64,000 nucleotides of DNA, taken from NCBI GenBank assembly GCA_963793105.1, contig CAWBZB010000006.1:146727-210726 (forward strand), in the 5' to 3' direction. This DNA comes from an uncultured bacterium. Its GTDB lineage: Bacteria; Actinomycetota; Actinomycetes; S36-B12. Below, in pieces: positions 37,106 through 46,054 of the stretch. The position numbers and the translations under genes were made by a program. A model generated the notes under the pieces. It did no database searches, was not told the DNA's origin, and saw nothing but the letters and a program-made list of their open reading frames with translations. Within the stretch, counting starts at the first letter, position 1. Every line of letters starts with the position of its first letter.

Positions 37106-38300
37106 GTGTCGTTCGTGACCATCGGCCCTCAGGACTCGACTCTTCCTGAGCCGGCGCCGCACCCACCGGCCGGCTACCTCGACGCCGTCGGCGGCCAACC
37201 ACTGCTTCCGGCGGCGATTTCCGCCTGGCAGGCGGCTGCTGAACGGGCCTGGAGCGACCCGGCCCGGCTCCACCACGTCGGCCGCCGGACCGGCATGATC
37301 CTCGACGCGGCGCGCGCGAGCGTCGCCCTCGAGGCTCGGCATCCGACCACGCGACGTCTTCTTCACGTCGTCGGGACCGACCGCCGTCGCGGTAGCCGTC
37401 CAGGGCATCCTCCGCAGAGGCGGTGGCGCTGAGCCTGGCTCGCAGCGGGCCGTTGCGAGCGCCGTCGAGAGCATGGCGGTGCTCGGACCGCTGGAGCAGT
37501 GGGCCGCCGAGGTCGACCTCGTGCCCGTGGACCCGCGGGGCCGTCTGGACGTGGAGAGGTTCCGGGCCGCCCTCGCCCGCCCGGCCGCGCTCGCCTGCGT
37601 GCAGGCGGCCAATGCCGAGGTCGGCACGCGCCAGCCGCTCGCGCAGGCGGCCGAGGTCGCGCACTCCCACGGCGTCCCTCTCCTGGTGCACGCGGTTCAG
37701 GCCATCGGACATGATCCCGTCCCCGGGGACTGGGATCTGCTGGCCGCCTCGGCCCGGGACTGGGGCGGGCCGGCCGGCGTAGGAATCCTCGCCGTGCGGC
37801 CAGACGTGCGCTGGGTTCCTGACGAGACTGCCGACCGGGGCTGGGTGGGCGGCTTCCCGGACGTGCCCGGGGCGGCCGCCGCCGCCTCGGCCCTGGAGTA
37901 CCTCGGCACGTCGGTCGAGGCCGAGAACGAGCGGCTGCGGGGCCTGGTGGACCGGATCCGCCGGGCACTCCTCGACCTGGGGCACGGGATCACCGTCGCC
38001 GGCGACCCCGTCGACCGACTCCCCCACATCGTCACGTTCACGTGCGACGGGGTCACGGGTGAGGCGCTGGTCGGGGAGCTGGACCGCGCCGGCATCAGCG
38101 TTGCCAGCGGATCGGCCTGCACGTCGGACGTCCGCATGCCCAGCCATGTGCTGGCCGCCATGGGCCTCGCAGCCGACGCGAGCGTCCGTGTCTCGCTGCC
38201 CTACGGATGCTCGACACGGACGGTCGAGTCCTTCCTGTCGGCGCTTCCGCCCGCGCTCGAGGCGCTGAGGTCAGGGCCCGCCACCCAGGCACGGCGCTAG
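37106..38300 (+). CDS. class-V aminotransferase / cysteine desulfurase-like protein; frame broken near 37331-37340 and PLP-lysine position substituted
   Basis: N-terminal YLDAVGGQPLLPAA...RLHHVGRR...ILDAARASVA is in one frame. IRPRDVFFTSSGPTAVAVAVQG...SGSACTS continues in the next. The SxHK PLP motif reads SARD. Confidence 0.7.
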
Positions 38301-38942
38301 GTCCAGCGCCGTCCTCAAACGCGACAGGTACTCCCGGCGGGGGATCTCGACGGCCCCGAGCGAGGCGAGGTGGTCCGTTCGCCACTGCACGTCGAGCAGC
38401 CGGGCGCCGCCACACGAGGACAGGGCCGCCACCAGGGTCGCCAGGCCCGCCTTGGAGGCGTCCGTCTCACGGTGGAACATCGACTCGCCCGCGAACAGGC
38501 CGCCGATCTCGATGCCGTACAGGCCGCCGACCAGCTCCTCGTCACGCCAGACCTCGACCGAGTGGGCCCAGCCCATCCGGTGGAGTTCGACGTAGGTCCG
38601 GACGAACTCGTCGGTGATCCATCCCGACTCGCGGCCCTCATCAGCACACTCACGCATGACCCGTGCAAAGGCGCGGTCGATGCTGTAGGTGAACCTGCGC
38701 ATCGACTTCCGCAGTGACCGGCTCACGCGCAGCCCGTCCAGGGGGAGGACCCCCCGGGGGTCGGGCGACCACCATGCGAGTTCGCCCGTCTGCAGGTGCA
38801 TGGGGAACAACCCGCGCCGGTACGCGGCGAAGACCGTGGGCACCGTGAGGTCGGCGCCGATGGCGACGATGTCCTGGCCGGGTTCGGCCTCCGCGGGGTC
38901 AGGAAGCATCCACGTGCAGGGGCCTGGCTCCTCGAGGGCCAT
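38271..38942 (-). CDS. aat: leucyl/phenylalanyl-tRNA--protein transferase
   Basis: AYRRGLFPM, WWSPDPR and GGLYGIEIGGLFAGESMF motifs. ATG 38942 preceded by GGGAGG. Confidence 0.85.
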   Translation of the reverse strand: MALEEPGPCTWMLPDPAEAEPGQDIVAIGADLTVPTVFAAYRRGLFPMHLQTGELAWWSPDPRGVLPLDGLRVSRSLRKSMRRFTYSIDRAFARVMRECADEGRESGWITDEFVRTYVELHRMGWAHSVEVWRDEELVGGLYGIEIGGLFAGESMFHRETDASKAGLATLVAALSSCGGARLLDVQWRTDHLASLGAVEIPRREYLSRLRTALDLAPCLGGGP

Positions 38943-38983
38943 CCTCCCGGGTGCTCCCGTCCGGCCTGAGTCGTCGACGCCGC

Positions 38984-39970
38984 TCAGGGGCGCGGGCAGG
39001 ACACGTGCGGCTCGACGTCGGCGGCCGCATCGTCGCCGTAGGTGCTGGCCATGCGGTCCAGGAAGTGCTTGCGGGCCAGTTCGTACTCCTGCGTGCCGAT
39101 CGTCTCGATCACGTAGGTGGCCAGCAGCGCACCCAGCTGCGCCGAGCGCTCGTCCGAGAGACCCCACGCCTGGCCGCTGAGGTACCCGGCGCGGAAGGCA
39201 TCCCCGACGCCGGTGGGATCAGCTCGGCGATCCTCCTCCGCCACGGTGACCGTCACGGGGGGCTCGCCGCGGCGCTCGACCCGTGCGCCGTCAGGCCCCA
39301 GCGTGGTGATCCGGACCTCGACCAGTGCGGCGATCTCTTCGACGCCCCAGCCGGTCTTGTGCTGGATGAGTGCGGACTCGTACTCGTTGGTGAAGAGGTA
39401 GGTCGCCCCTTCGATCAGAGGCTTGATCTCCTCGCCCTCCATCCGGGCGAGCTGCTGCGAGGGGTCTGCCGCGAAGGGATAGCCGCGGAACCGGCACTCC
39501 TCAGTGTGGCGGAGCATCGCCTCAGGGTCGTTCGCGCCGATCAGCACGACGTCAGCACGCCCCACCCGGTCCACGACGGGGCGCAACTCGATATTGCGCG
39601 CCTCGGACATGGCGCCCGGGTAGAAGGAGGCGATCTGGTTCTGCTCGGCGTCGGTCGTGCAGACGAAGCGCGCCGTGTGGCGTGACTCGGAGATGTGCAC
39701 GCCACTGGTGTCGACGTTGTGCCGCTGCAGCCAGGACTCGTAGTCGGCGAAGTCAGGTCCCACCGCGCCGACGAGGACGGGACGCAGTCCGAGGCAGCCC
39801 ATTCCGAAGGCGATGTTCGGAGCGACCCCGCCCCGCCTGACCTCCAGTTCCTCGACCAGGAAGGACAGCGAGACCTTGTCGAGCTTGTCCGCGACGAGTG
39901 AGTCGGAGAACCGGCCCGGGAAGGTCATGAGGTGATCGGTCGCGATGGACCCGGTGATAAGGACAGCCAC
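38984..39970 (-). CDS. PfkB-family kinase (adenosine kinase AdoK/CbhK-like)
   Basis: GGVAPNIAFG N-terminal motif and DPTGVGDAF C-terminal PfkB motif. 328 aa. Confidence 0.8.
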   Translation of the reverse strand: MAVLITGSIATDHLMTFPGRFSDSLVADKLDKVSLSFLVEELEVRRGGVAPNIAFGMGCLGLRPVLVGAVGPDFADYESWLQRHNVDTSGVHISESRHTARFVCTTDAEQNQIASFYPGAMSEARNIELRPVVDRVGRADVVLIGANDPEAMLRHTEECRFRGYPFAADPSQQLARMEGEEIKPLIEGATYLFTNEYESALIQHKTGWGVEEIAALVEVRITTLGPDGARVERRGEPPVTVTVAEEDRRADPTGVGDAFRAGYLSGQAWGLSDERSAQLGALLATYVIETIGTQEYELARKHFLDRMASTYGDDAAADVEPHVSCPRP

Positions 39971-40017
39971 GGGCGCTCACCCTACCCCTGCAATTCGCGC
40001 GCCCCCTCCCCCAACGC

Positions 40018-40079
40018 CGCGAGTGGCCAGTCGTTGCGGTTCCGGGGACCCGGAACACCGCAACGACTGGCCACTCGCG
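40018..40079. repeat. REP-like palindromic element, copy 2 (hairpin downstream of erpA)
   Basis: CGCGAGTGGCCAGTCGTTGCGG-TTCCGGG-GA-CCCGGAA-CA-CCGCAACGACTGGCCACTCGCG, a 22-bp perfect stem plus a 7-bp apical stem. Shares a 23-nt identical arm with 11945-12006. Confidence 0.8.
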
Positions 40080-40107
40080 AGGAAGGAAGAGAGGGAAAGC
40101 GGGGGTA

Positions 40108-40470
40108 CTAGTGGAACGAGTCCCCGCAGGCGCAGGATCCCGTGGCGTTCGGGTTGTCGATCGTGAAGCCCTGCTTCTCGATGGTGTCCACGAAGTCGAT
40201 CGTGGCGCCGCTGAGGTACGGGGCGCTCATGCGGTCGGTGACCACGCCCACGCCGCCGAAGTCCTTGAGCACGTCGCCGTCCAGGCTGCGGTCATCGAAG
40301 AAGAGCTGGTACCGCAGGCCGGAGCAGCCGCCGGGCTGCACCGCGACTCGCAGGGCGAGGTCGTCACGCCCTTCGGACTCCAGCAGGGCCTTGACCTTCG
40401 ATGCGGCGACCTCGGTGAGGAGGATGCCGTCGGTCACGGGGGCTTCGGTCGTGGTGGTCTCTGCCGACAT
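40108..40470 (-). CDS. erpA: HesB/IscA-family iron-sulfur cluster insertion protein
   Basis: 120 aa. GCSGL...and C-terminal CACGDSF cluster-ligand motif. Confidence 0.85.
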   Translation of the reverse strand: MSAETTTTEAPVTDGILLTEVAASKVKALLESEGRDDLALRVAVQPGGCSGLRYQLFFDDRSLDGDVLKDFGGVGVVTDRMSAPYLSGATIDFVDTIEKQGFTIDNPNATGSCACGDSFH

Positions 40471-40636
40471 GGCGCTGTCCCTTTCGACGCTCCCGCGAGG
40501 GAGGTGGTGGTCTCGACAGCCGGAAACCCGTCAGGTCACGCGGCTATTCCCCACCGTCTCATATCCCGGGCGGACGCGCGAACAGGGTGGCGCCGGCGGC
40601 GTCGCACGCGGCGTCCGGGGATGAGACAATCCCCGG

Positions 40637-41827
40637 ATGGGCAACACCTTCACCGAGCCCCAGCCGACTCCGCTCGCACTCCTGCTGCTGGGGCACGAGT
40701 CCGATCCCGACAGCGAACGCGGCGTCGACTGCCCCGGCGACCTGCCGGCCCCCTCCGATCCGGGCCTGGTCGAACGAGCCACGGCGGCCAAGGCGGCCCT
40801 GGGAGACCGGGTCTTCGTGCTCGGTCACCACTATCAGCGCGATGAGGTCATCGCGTTCGCCGACGTGACCGGGGACTCGTTCAAGCTCGCCCAGCAGGCG
40901 GCCGCCCACCCGGAGGCCGAGTTCATCGTCTTCGCTGGCGTCCACTTCATGGCCGAGAGCGCCGATATCCTCACGGCCGCCACTCAGCAGGTCATCCTTC
41001 CGGACCTCGCAGCGGGCTGCTCCATGGCCGACATGGCCGAGATCGGCCAGGTCGAGGACTGCTGGGCCGTGCTGGAGGAGGCTGGCGTTGCCGACGTGAC
41101 CGTCCCGATCACCTACATGAACTCCACGGCGGCGATCAAGGCATTCACCGGGCGGCATGGCGGCTCGGTCTGCACGTCGAGCAACGCCGAGCGGAGCCTG
41201 GAGTGGGCGTTCGAGCAGGGCGAGAAGGTGCTGTTCCTGCCCGACCAGCACCTCGGTCGCAACACCGCTGTCCGCGACCTCGGCATGAGCCTGGACGACT
41301 GCGTCGTGTTCAACCCGAACCGGCCGAACGGCGGCCTGACCCGCGAGCAGCTCAGGGATGCCCGCGTGATCCTGTGGAAGGGCCACTGCTCGGTGCATGG
41401 TCGTTTCACGCCCGAGTGCGTCGACGAGGTGCGGGAGCGGGTGCCGGGCATCAACGTCATCGTGCACCCGGAGTGCACCTACGAGGTGGTCGAGAAGGCC
41501 GACGCAGTCGGCTCCACCGAGAAGATCATCGCCACCATCACGGCGGCGGAGCCGGGTTCAGCATGGGCCGTGGGCACCGAGCTCAATCTCGTGAAGCGCC
41601 TCGCCCTGGCGAATCCCGACAAGGAGATCGTCTATCTCGACCGCACGGTCTGCTACTGCTCCACCATGAACCGGATCGACCTGCCGCACCTGGTCTGGGC
41701 CCTGGAGTCGCTCGCGGCGGGCACCGTCGTCAATCGCATCGAGGTCGATCCCGACACCGCCGACTGGGCTCGGGTGGCCCTCGACCGGATGCTCGCCCTG
41801 CCCGGCGGCGTGGCCACCAAGGACTGA
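40637..41827 (+). CDS. nadA: quinolinate synthase
   Basis: VLGHHYQRDEV, GVHFMAESADIL, VHPEC motifs. 396-aa long-form NadA. Confidence 0.9.
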   Translation: MGNTFTEPQPTPLALLLLGHESDPDSERGVDCPGDLPAPSDPGLVERATAAKAALGDRVFVLGHHYQRDEVIAFADVTGDSFKLAQQAAAHPEAEFIVFAGVHFMAESADILTAATQQVILPDLAAGCSMADMAEIGQVEDCWAVLEEAGVADVTVPITYMNSTAAIKAFTGRHGGSVCTSSNAERSLEWAFEQGEKVLFLPDQHLGRNTAVRDLGMSLDDCVVFNPNRPNGGLTREQLRDARVILWKGHCSVHGRFTPECVDEVRERVPGINVIVHPECTYEVVEKADAVGSTEKIIATITAAEPGSAWAVGTELNLVKRLALANPDKEIVYLDRTVCYCSTMNRIDLPHLVWALESLAAGTVVNRIEVDPDTADWARVALDRMLALPGGVATKD

Positions 41828-41845
41828 GACCGCTGCCGAAGCGGG

Positions 41846-42424
41846 CTACAGCCCCGGCGCGCCCCAGACCGCGAACCACCGGGTCATGTCAGGCTCGATC
41901 GGCAGTTCCTGCGTGACGAGGTCGCGCACCCTCAGCTCGAGGACGTTGTCGCGCCGCTGATCGGCGGACTCCTCCTCCGGCGCGAACGGGTAGAACGTCC
42001 CCCGCTTGTACAGGTAGACCATCGCCAGGGAGCGATCATCAGGGTCACGGAAGGACACCAGTGAGCAGAGCAGCTGGGGCCCGAAGCCGGCCTCGACCAG
42101 CGAGGTGTTCACGGCGTGCAGGTCCGTGACCACCGACGGCAGGTCGACCGGGTCGCTCTCGACCACTAGCCACGTGAAGCCGAACTCATCGCCCGTGACG
42201 CTGACCGGCGGACCGCCGTCCGCGTCGAGGAGCCGGCGCACCTCGGACTCGAGATCGGCGAAGGCACGACCTTCGGGCGCACGGAAGGCCACCGAGCCGC
42301 GTCCCGTCGGGAGCATGTCCAGGCTGACCTGCAGGGTGATGGCCGCAGAGGGCAGCGCGAACAGGGCGTCAAGGTTCGGGCCGACAGCCTTCCGCCGGCC
42401 CAGCACCGCGTCGAGGAACCCCAC
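41846..42424 (-). CDS. conserved hypothetical protein, PspA-associated (PspAB-like)
   Basis: 192 aa. The N-terminus MGFLDAVLGRRK...LFALPSAAITLQ recalls proteins found next to actinobacterial pspA (from memory). Lies 3 nt downstream of htpX. Confidence 0.5.
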   Translation of the reverse strand: MGFLDAVLGRRKAVGPNLDALFALPSAAITLQVSLDMLPTGRGSVAFRAPEGRAFADLESEVRRLLDADGGPPVSVTGDEFGFTWLVVESDPVDLPSVVTDLHAVNTSLVEAGFGPQLLCSLVSFRDPDDRSLAMVYLYKRGTFYPFAPEEESADQRRDNVLELRVRDLVTQELPIEPDMTRWFAVWGAPGL

Positions 42425-42427
42425 CCG

Positions 42428-43330
42428 CTACCGCTCCCCGAGCTGAGCGGAGATCTGGGCGAGCTGCGCGAGCCGCTTCTCCAATGGCGGGTGCGTCGCC
42501 ATGATCGACTCGAGGCTGAAGCCGCGCTGGCCGGAGACCGCCGGGGCGAACGCGAACGAGCTGACCGGCTCCATCTGGCGCAGGTCCCGGTTCGGGATCG
42601 ACGCGATCTCGCCCGAGATCTTCTGCAGAGCACTGGCGAGGGACGAGGGCTTGCCCGTGAGGAGTGCGGCGCCGCGGTCGGCCCCGAGCTCCCGGTACCG
42701 CGACAGCGCCCGCATGAGGATGTACGACAGGACGTAGACGACGACGCTGACAACGGTGACCACGAGGACCATCACGGCGACGTTGTTGTCGCGATTGCGC
42801 CCGATCGATCCCCACATCGCGCTGCGCGCCATGAAACCAGCCAGGATCGCCGTGAACGACGCGACCGCCATCACCGTCACGTCGCGGTGGGCGACGTGGG
42901 AGAGCTCGTGCGCCAGCACCCCCTCCAACTCCTCCTGGTCCAGCCGCTTCAGCAGTCCGGTCGTGACGACGACGACGGATCGGTTCGGCGAGCGTCCCGT
43001 CGCGAAGGCGTTGGGCACGTCGCTGTCAGCGATGCCCACTCGCGGCTTCTTCATGTCGGCCATCGCGCAGACCCGGTCCACGATGCCGTGCAGCTGTGGC
43101 GCCTGCTCGGGCGTCACGACGACCGCGCGCATTGCCGACATGGCAAGGCTGTCGGAGAACCACCACTGGCCGAAGATCAACGCCCCACTGATCACCAGGA
43201 CGAAGATCGCGTTGACCCCGAAGGAGATCAGCACCGCGGCCAGGACGACGTAGAGCAGGCCGATGCCGAACAGGGTCCCGGCCATCCGGGCCGAGAGGCC
43301 CCGGTCACTCCCATACCGGGTACGAGCCAT
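42428..43330 (-). CDS. htpX: zinc metalloprotease HtpX (peptidase M48)
   Basis: HELSHVAHRD zinc motif, four TM segments. Confidence 0.9.
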   Translation of the reverse strand: MARTRYGSDRGLSARMAGTLFGIGLLYVVLAAVLISFGVNAIFVLVISGALIFGQWWFSDSLAMSAMRAVVVTPEQAPQLHGIVDRVCAMADMKKPRVGIADSDVPNAFATGRSPNRSVVVVTTGLLKRLDQEELEGVLAHELSHVAHRDVTVMAVASFTAILAGFMARSAMWGSIGRNRDNNVAVMVLVVTVVSVVVYVLSYILMRALSRYRELGADRGAALLTGKPSSLASALQKISGEIASIPNRDLRQMEPVSSFAFAPAVSGQRGFSLESIMATHPPLEKRLAQLAQISAQLGER

Positions 43331-43337
43331 CTGCGAC

Positions 43338-44066
43338 CTAGCCCTCGAGCTCCGGCTTCGGGCCTCCCGGCCCGAGCTCCCGCTTCAGGGCCTCGAGCTG
43401 CGCGTTCACGTCGTTCTCGCTCGCCATGCGCTCGAGTTCGACGGTGATGTTGTCCTTGCCCATGCTGGTGACATCGGCCAGGGCTCCGGACGCCACGAGC
43501 TCGTCGATCGCACCCGCGCGCGCCTGCATCTGGGCCGTCTTGTCCTCGGCCCGCTGGACCGCGAGGCCCACGTCGCCGAGCTCGTCCGAGATGCCGGCGA
43601 AGGCCTCGTTGATCTTCGTCTGCGCCTCGGCAGCCGAGTACGTGGCCTTGATGGTCTCCTTCTTCGTACGGAAGGTCTCGACCTTGGCCTGGAGCTGCTG
43701 GGCGGCTGCCGTCAACTTCTCCTCCTGCTCCTGCAGAGTGGCCAGTTGCATCTGGAGGTCGGCGATCTGCTGATGCAGCCCGCTGCGCCGCGTCAGCGCC
43801 TCCCGGGCCAGGTCCTCACGCCCGCCCGCGAGGGCGGCCCGCGCCTGCTCCTCCAGCTTGGACTCCTGCTGCCCCAGCCCTTGGATCTGCAGTTCCAGTC
43901 GCTTGCGGCTCGTGGCCACGTCGGCGACGCCCCGTCGCACCTTCTGGAGCAGTTCGAGCTGCTTCTCGTACGAGTAGTCGAGCGTCTCGCGCGGGTCCTC
44001 CGCGCGGTCGAGGGCCTTGTTGGCCTTCGACTTGAAGATCAGGGTGAAGCGCTGCCACAGGCCCAT
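43338..44066 (-). CDS. pspA: PspA/IM30 family protein
   Basis: MGLWQRFTLIFKSKANKALDRAEDP N-terminus and continuous coiled coil. ATG 44066 with GAAGGGGA Shine-Dalgarno sequence. Confidence 0.85.
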   Translation of the reverse strand: MGLWQRFTLIFKSKANKALDRAEDPRETLDYSYEKQLELLQKVRRGVADVATSRKRLELQIQGLGQQESKLEEQARAALAGGREDLAREALTRRSGLHQQIADLQMQLATLQEQEEKLTAAAQQLQAKVETFRTKKETIKATYSAAEAQTKINEAFAGISDELGDVGLAVQRAEDKTAQMQARAGAIDELVASGALADVTSMGKDNITVELERMASENDVNAQLEALKRELGPGGPKPELEG

Positions 44067-44146
44067 CGGGGTCCCCTTCGTCGTCCGGCACGTCACTCCA
44101 GCCTAGGCGGGTGCGCATCCGGACGCACCGACTAGGCTCGTGAATC

Positions 44147-44743
44147 ATGTTCGGACGAAAGCAGCCCCCCGCGGAGGACGAGACTCCCGCGACCTCCACC
44201 GACGCGCACGACCCCAACGCGCCGAAGGGCCGGCCCACGCCCTCGCGCCGGGAGGCCGAGGCCGCGCGCAAGCAGCAACTGAAGATCCCCAAGGATCCGA
44301 AGGCGGCCAAGAAGGCGGTGCGCGAACGCGAACGCGAGGATCGCGCCCGCTCGCGCGCCGGGATGATGGCGGGAGACGAGCGCTATCTGCCCGCCCGAGA
44401 CAAGGGCCCCGGCCGTGCCTTCGCCCGAGACTTCGTCGACTCGAGGTTCACGGTCGCCGAGTTCTTCATCTTCGTGGCCATCGCGGTCCTGGTGCTCGGC
44501 TTCGTCCGCAACCCGGCGATCCAGTCCTTCGTGTCGATCGCGTTCTTCGCCTTCACGGCCGTGATCGCGGTCGACACCATCGTCCTGCTGGTGCTGCTGA
44601 ACCGACGCGCGAAGGTGGCGGTGCCGAACCCGGTCGACCGCAAGGGCCTCACCCTCTACGCAGTGCTCCGCACCCTGCAGCTGCGCCGTCTTCGGCTCCC
44701 CCCGCCCCGCGTCCGCCGCGGCGGCGCCCCGATCGTCAAGTAG
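44147..44743 (+). CDS. DUF3043 membrane protein (Rv2206-like)
   Basis: Lys/Arg/Glu-rich N-terminus (PKGRPTPSRREAEAARK), then two TM helices. Confidence 0.7.
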   Translation: MFGRKQPPAEDETPATSTDAHDPNAPKGRPTPSRREAEAARKQQLKIPKDPKAAKKAVREREREDRARSRAGMMAGDERYLPARDKGPGRAFARDFVDSRFTVAEFFIFVAIAVLVLGFVRNPAIQSFVSIAFFAFTAVIAVDTIVLLVLLNRRAKVAVPNPVDRKGLTLYAVLRTLQLRRLRLPPPRVRRGGAPIVK

Positions 44744-44808
44744 CGCCGCACCGGACGGGAGCACCCGTCGCCGCGCCCAACCACACGGAACCAGGTGAGA
44801 GGTGTGAC

Positions 44809-45810
44809 ATGGAGTACCGGCATCTAGGACGCAGTGGGCTGAAGGTCAGCGAGATCACCTTCGGCAACTGGGTCACCCACGGCTCGCAGGTGGACGACCG
44901 CACCGCGCACGCCACCATCCACGCGGCGCTCGACGCGGGGATCACCACCTTCGACACTGCCGACGTCTACGCCGGCACGAAGGCCGAAGCGGTCATGGGG
45001 CACGCGCTGCAGGACCAGCGCCGCGAGGGCCTGGAGATCTTCACCAAGGTGTACTGGCCGACCGGGCCGGGCATGAACGACCGGGGCCTGTCCCGCAAGC
45101 ACATCATGGAGTCCTGCCATGCGTCGCTGCGAAGGCTCCGCACCGACTACGTCGACCTCTACCAGGCTCATCGATTCGACTACGAGACCCCGCTCGAGGA
45201 GACCCTTCGGGCCTTCGATGACCTCGTGAGGCAGGGCAAGGTCCTGTACGTCGGGGTCTCGGAGTGGACGGCGCCGCAGATCCGCGAGGCGGTGCGGATC
45301 GCCGACGAGATGGGATTCGATCGCATCGTCTCGAACCAGCCGCAGTACTCGATGCTGTGGCGCGTGATCGAGTCGGAGGTGGTGCCCACCAGCGAGGAGC
45401 TGGGCGTCGGTCAGATCGTCTGGTCCCCGATCGCCCAGGGGGTGCTGACCGGGAAGTACCTGCCGGGCGAGGCACCGCCTGCCGACACCCGGGCTACCGC
45501 CTCCGACGAAGGCGCGAACATGATCTCGCGCTGGCTGCGCGACGACGTGCTCACCGCCGTCCAGCGCCTCGTGCCGGTTGCCAGCGACCTCGGCCTCACC
45601 CCGGCCCAACTGGCCGTGGCGTGGGTCCTCTCGAATCCCAATGTGTCGTCGGCGATCGTCGGTGCGTCGCGGCCCGCCCAGCTCGACGAGAACGTCAAGG
45701 CCTCCGGAGTCGTGCTGCCCGCCGACGTGCGTGCTCTGATCGACGAGACCCTCGGAGACGTCGTCACCCGCGACCCGGCGCTCACGACCTCCCCCAACCC
45801 CCGCGCCTAG
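44809..45810 (+). CDS. aldo/keto reductase (Kv-beta-like)
   Basis: MEYRHLGRSGLKVSEITFGNW, FDTADVY, DLYQAHRFD, LYVGVSEW motifs. AGGTGAGAGG Shine-Dalgarno sequence. Confidence 0.85.
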   Translation: MEYRHLGRSGLKVSEITFGNWVTHGSQVDDRTAHATIHAALDAGITTFDTADVYAGTKAEAVMGHALQDQRREGLEIFTKVYWPTGPGMNDRGLSRKHIMESCHASLRRLRTDYVDLYQAHRFDYETPLEETLRAFDDLVRQGKVLYVGVSEWTAPQIREAVRIADEMGFDRIVSNQPQYSMLWRVIESEVVPTSEELGVGQIVWSPIAQGVLTGKYLPGEAPPADTRATASDEGANMISRWLRDDVLTAVQRLVPVASDLGLTPAQLAVAWVLSNPNVSSAIVGASRPAQLDENVKASGVVLPADVRALIDETLGDVVTRDPALTTSPNPRA

Positions 45811-45836
45811 CACCCCGACACACGAAGGAGGCCGCC

Positions 45837-46043
45837 GTGGCATGGATGTGGCGGTTCGAGACAGTGACCGGTGCGACGCCCGCCGGTCAGCCCGAGCTCT
45901 CCCAGGAGTTCCCGACCCAGGCCGACGCGGAGACGTGGATCGGCGAGACCTGGCGGGAGCTCCTTGAGGGCGCGGTCGACCAGGTCACCCTGCTCGAGGA
46001 CGAGCGGGTCGCCTACGGCCCGATGAGCCTGCATCCGGAGTAG
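45837..46043 (+). CDS. small hypothetical protein (68 aa)
   Basis: GTG start 5 nt after a strong GAAGGAGG Shine-Dalgarno sequence. Acidic, no known motif. Confidence 0.5.
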   Translation: MAWMWRFETVTGATPAGQPELSQEFPTQADAETWIGETWRELLEGAVDQVTLLEDERVAYGPMSLHPE

Positions 46044-46054
46044 CCGCCGGAGGC

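Noticed and set aside
40471-40636. Possible NAD-responsive riboswitch or regulator site in the 166-nt nadA leader.
   Set aside because: The only feature is a short hairpin (CCGGGGA-N8-TCCCCGG, 40615-40636) abutting the ATG. I cannot match it to the nadA-motif or any known element from memory, so it is not reported as a feature.
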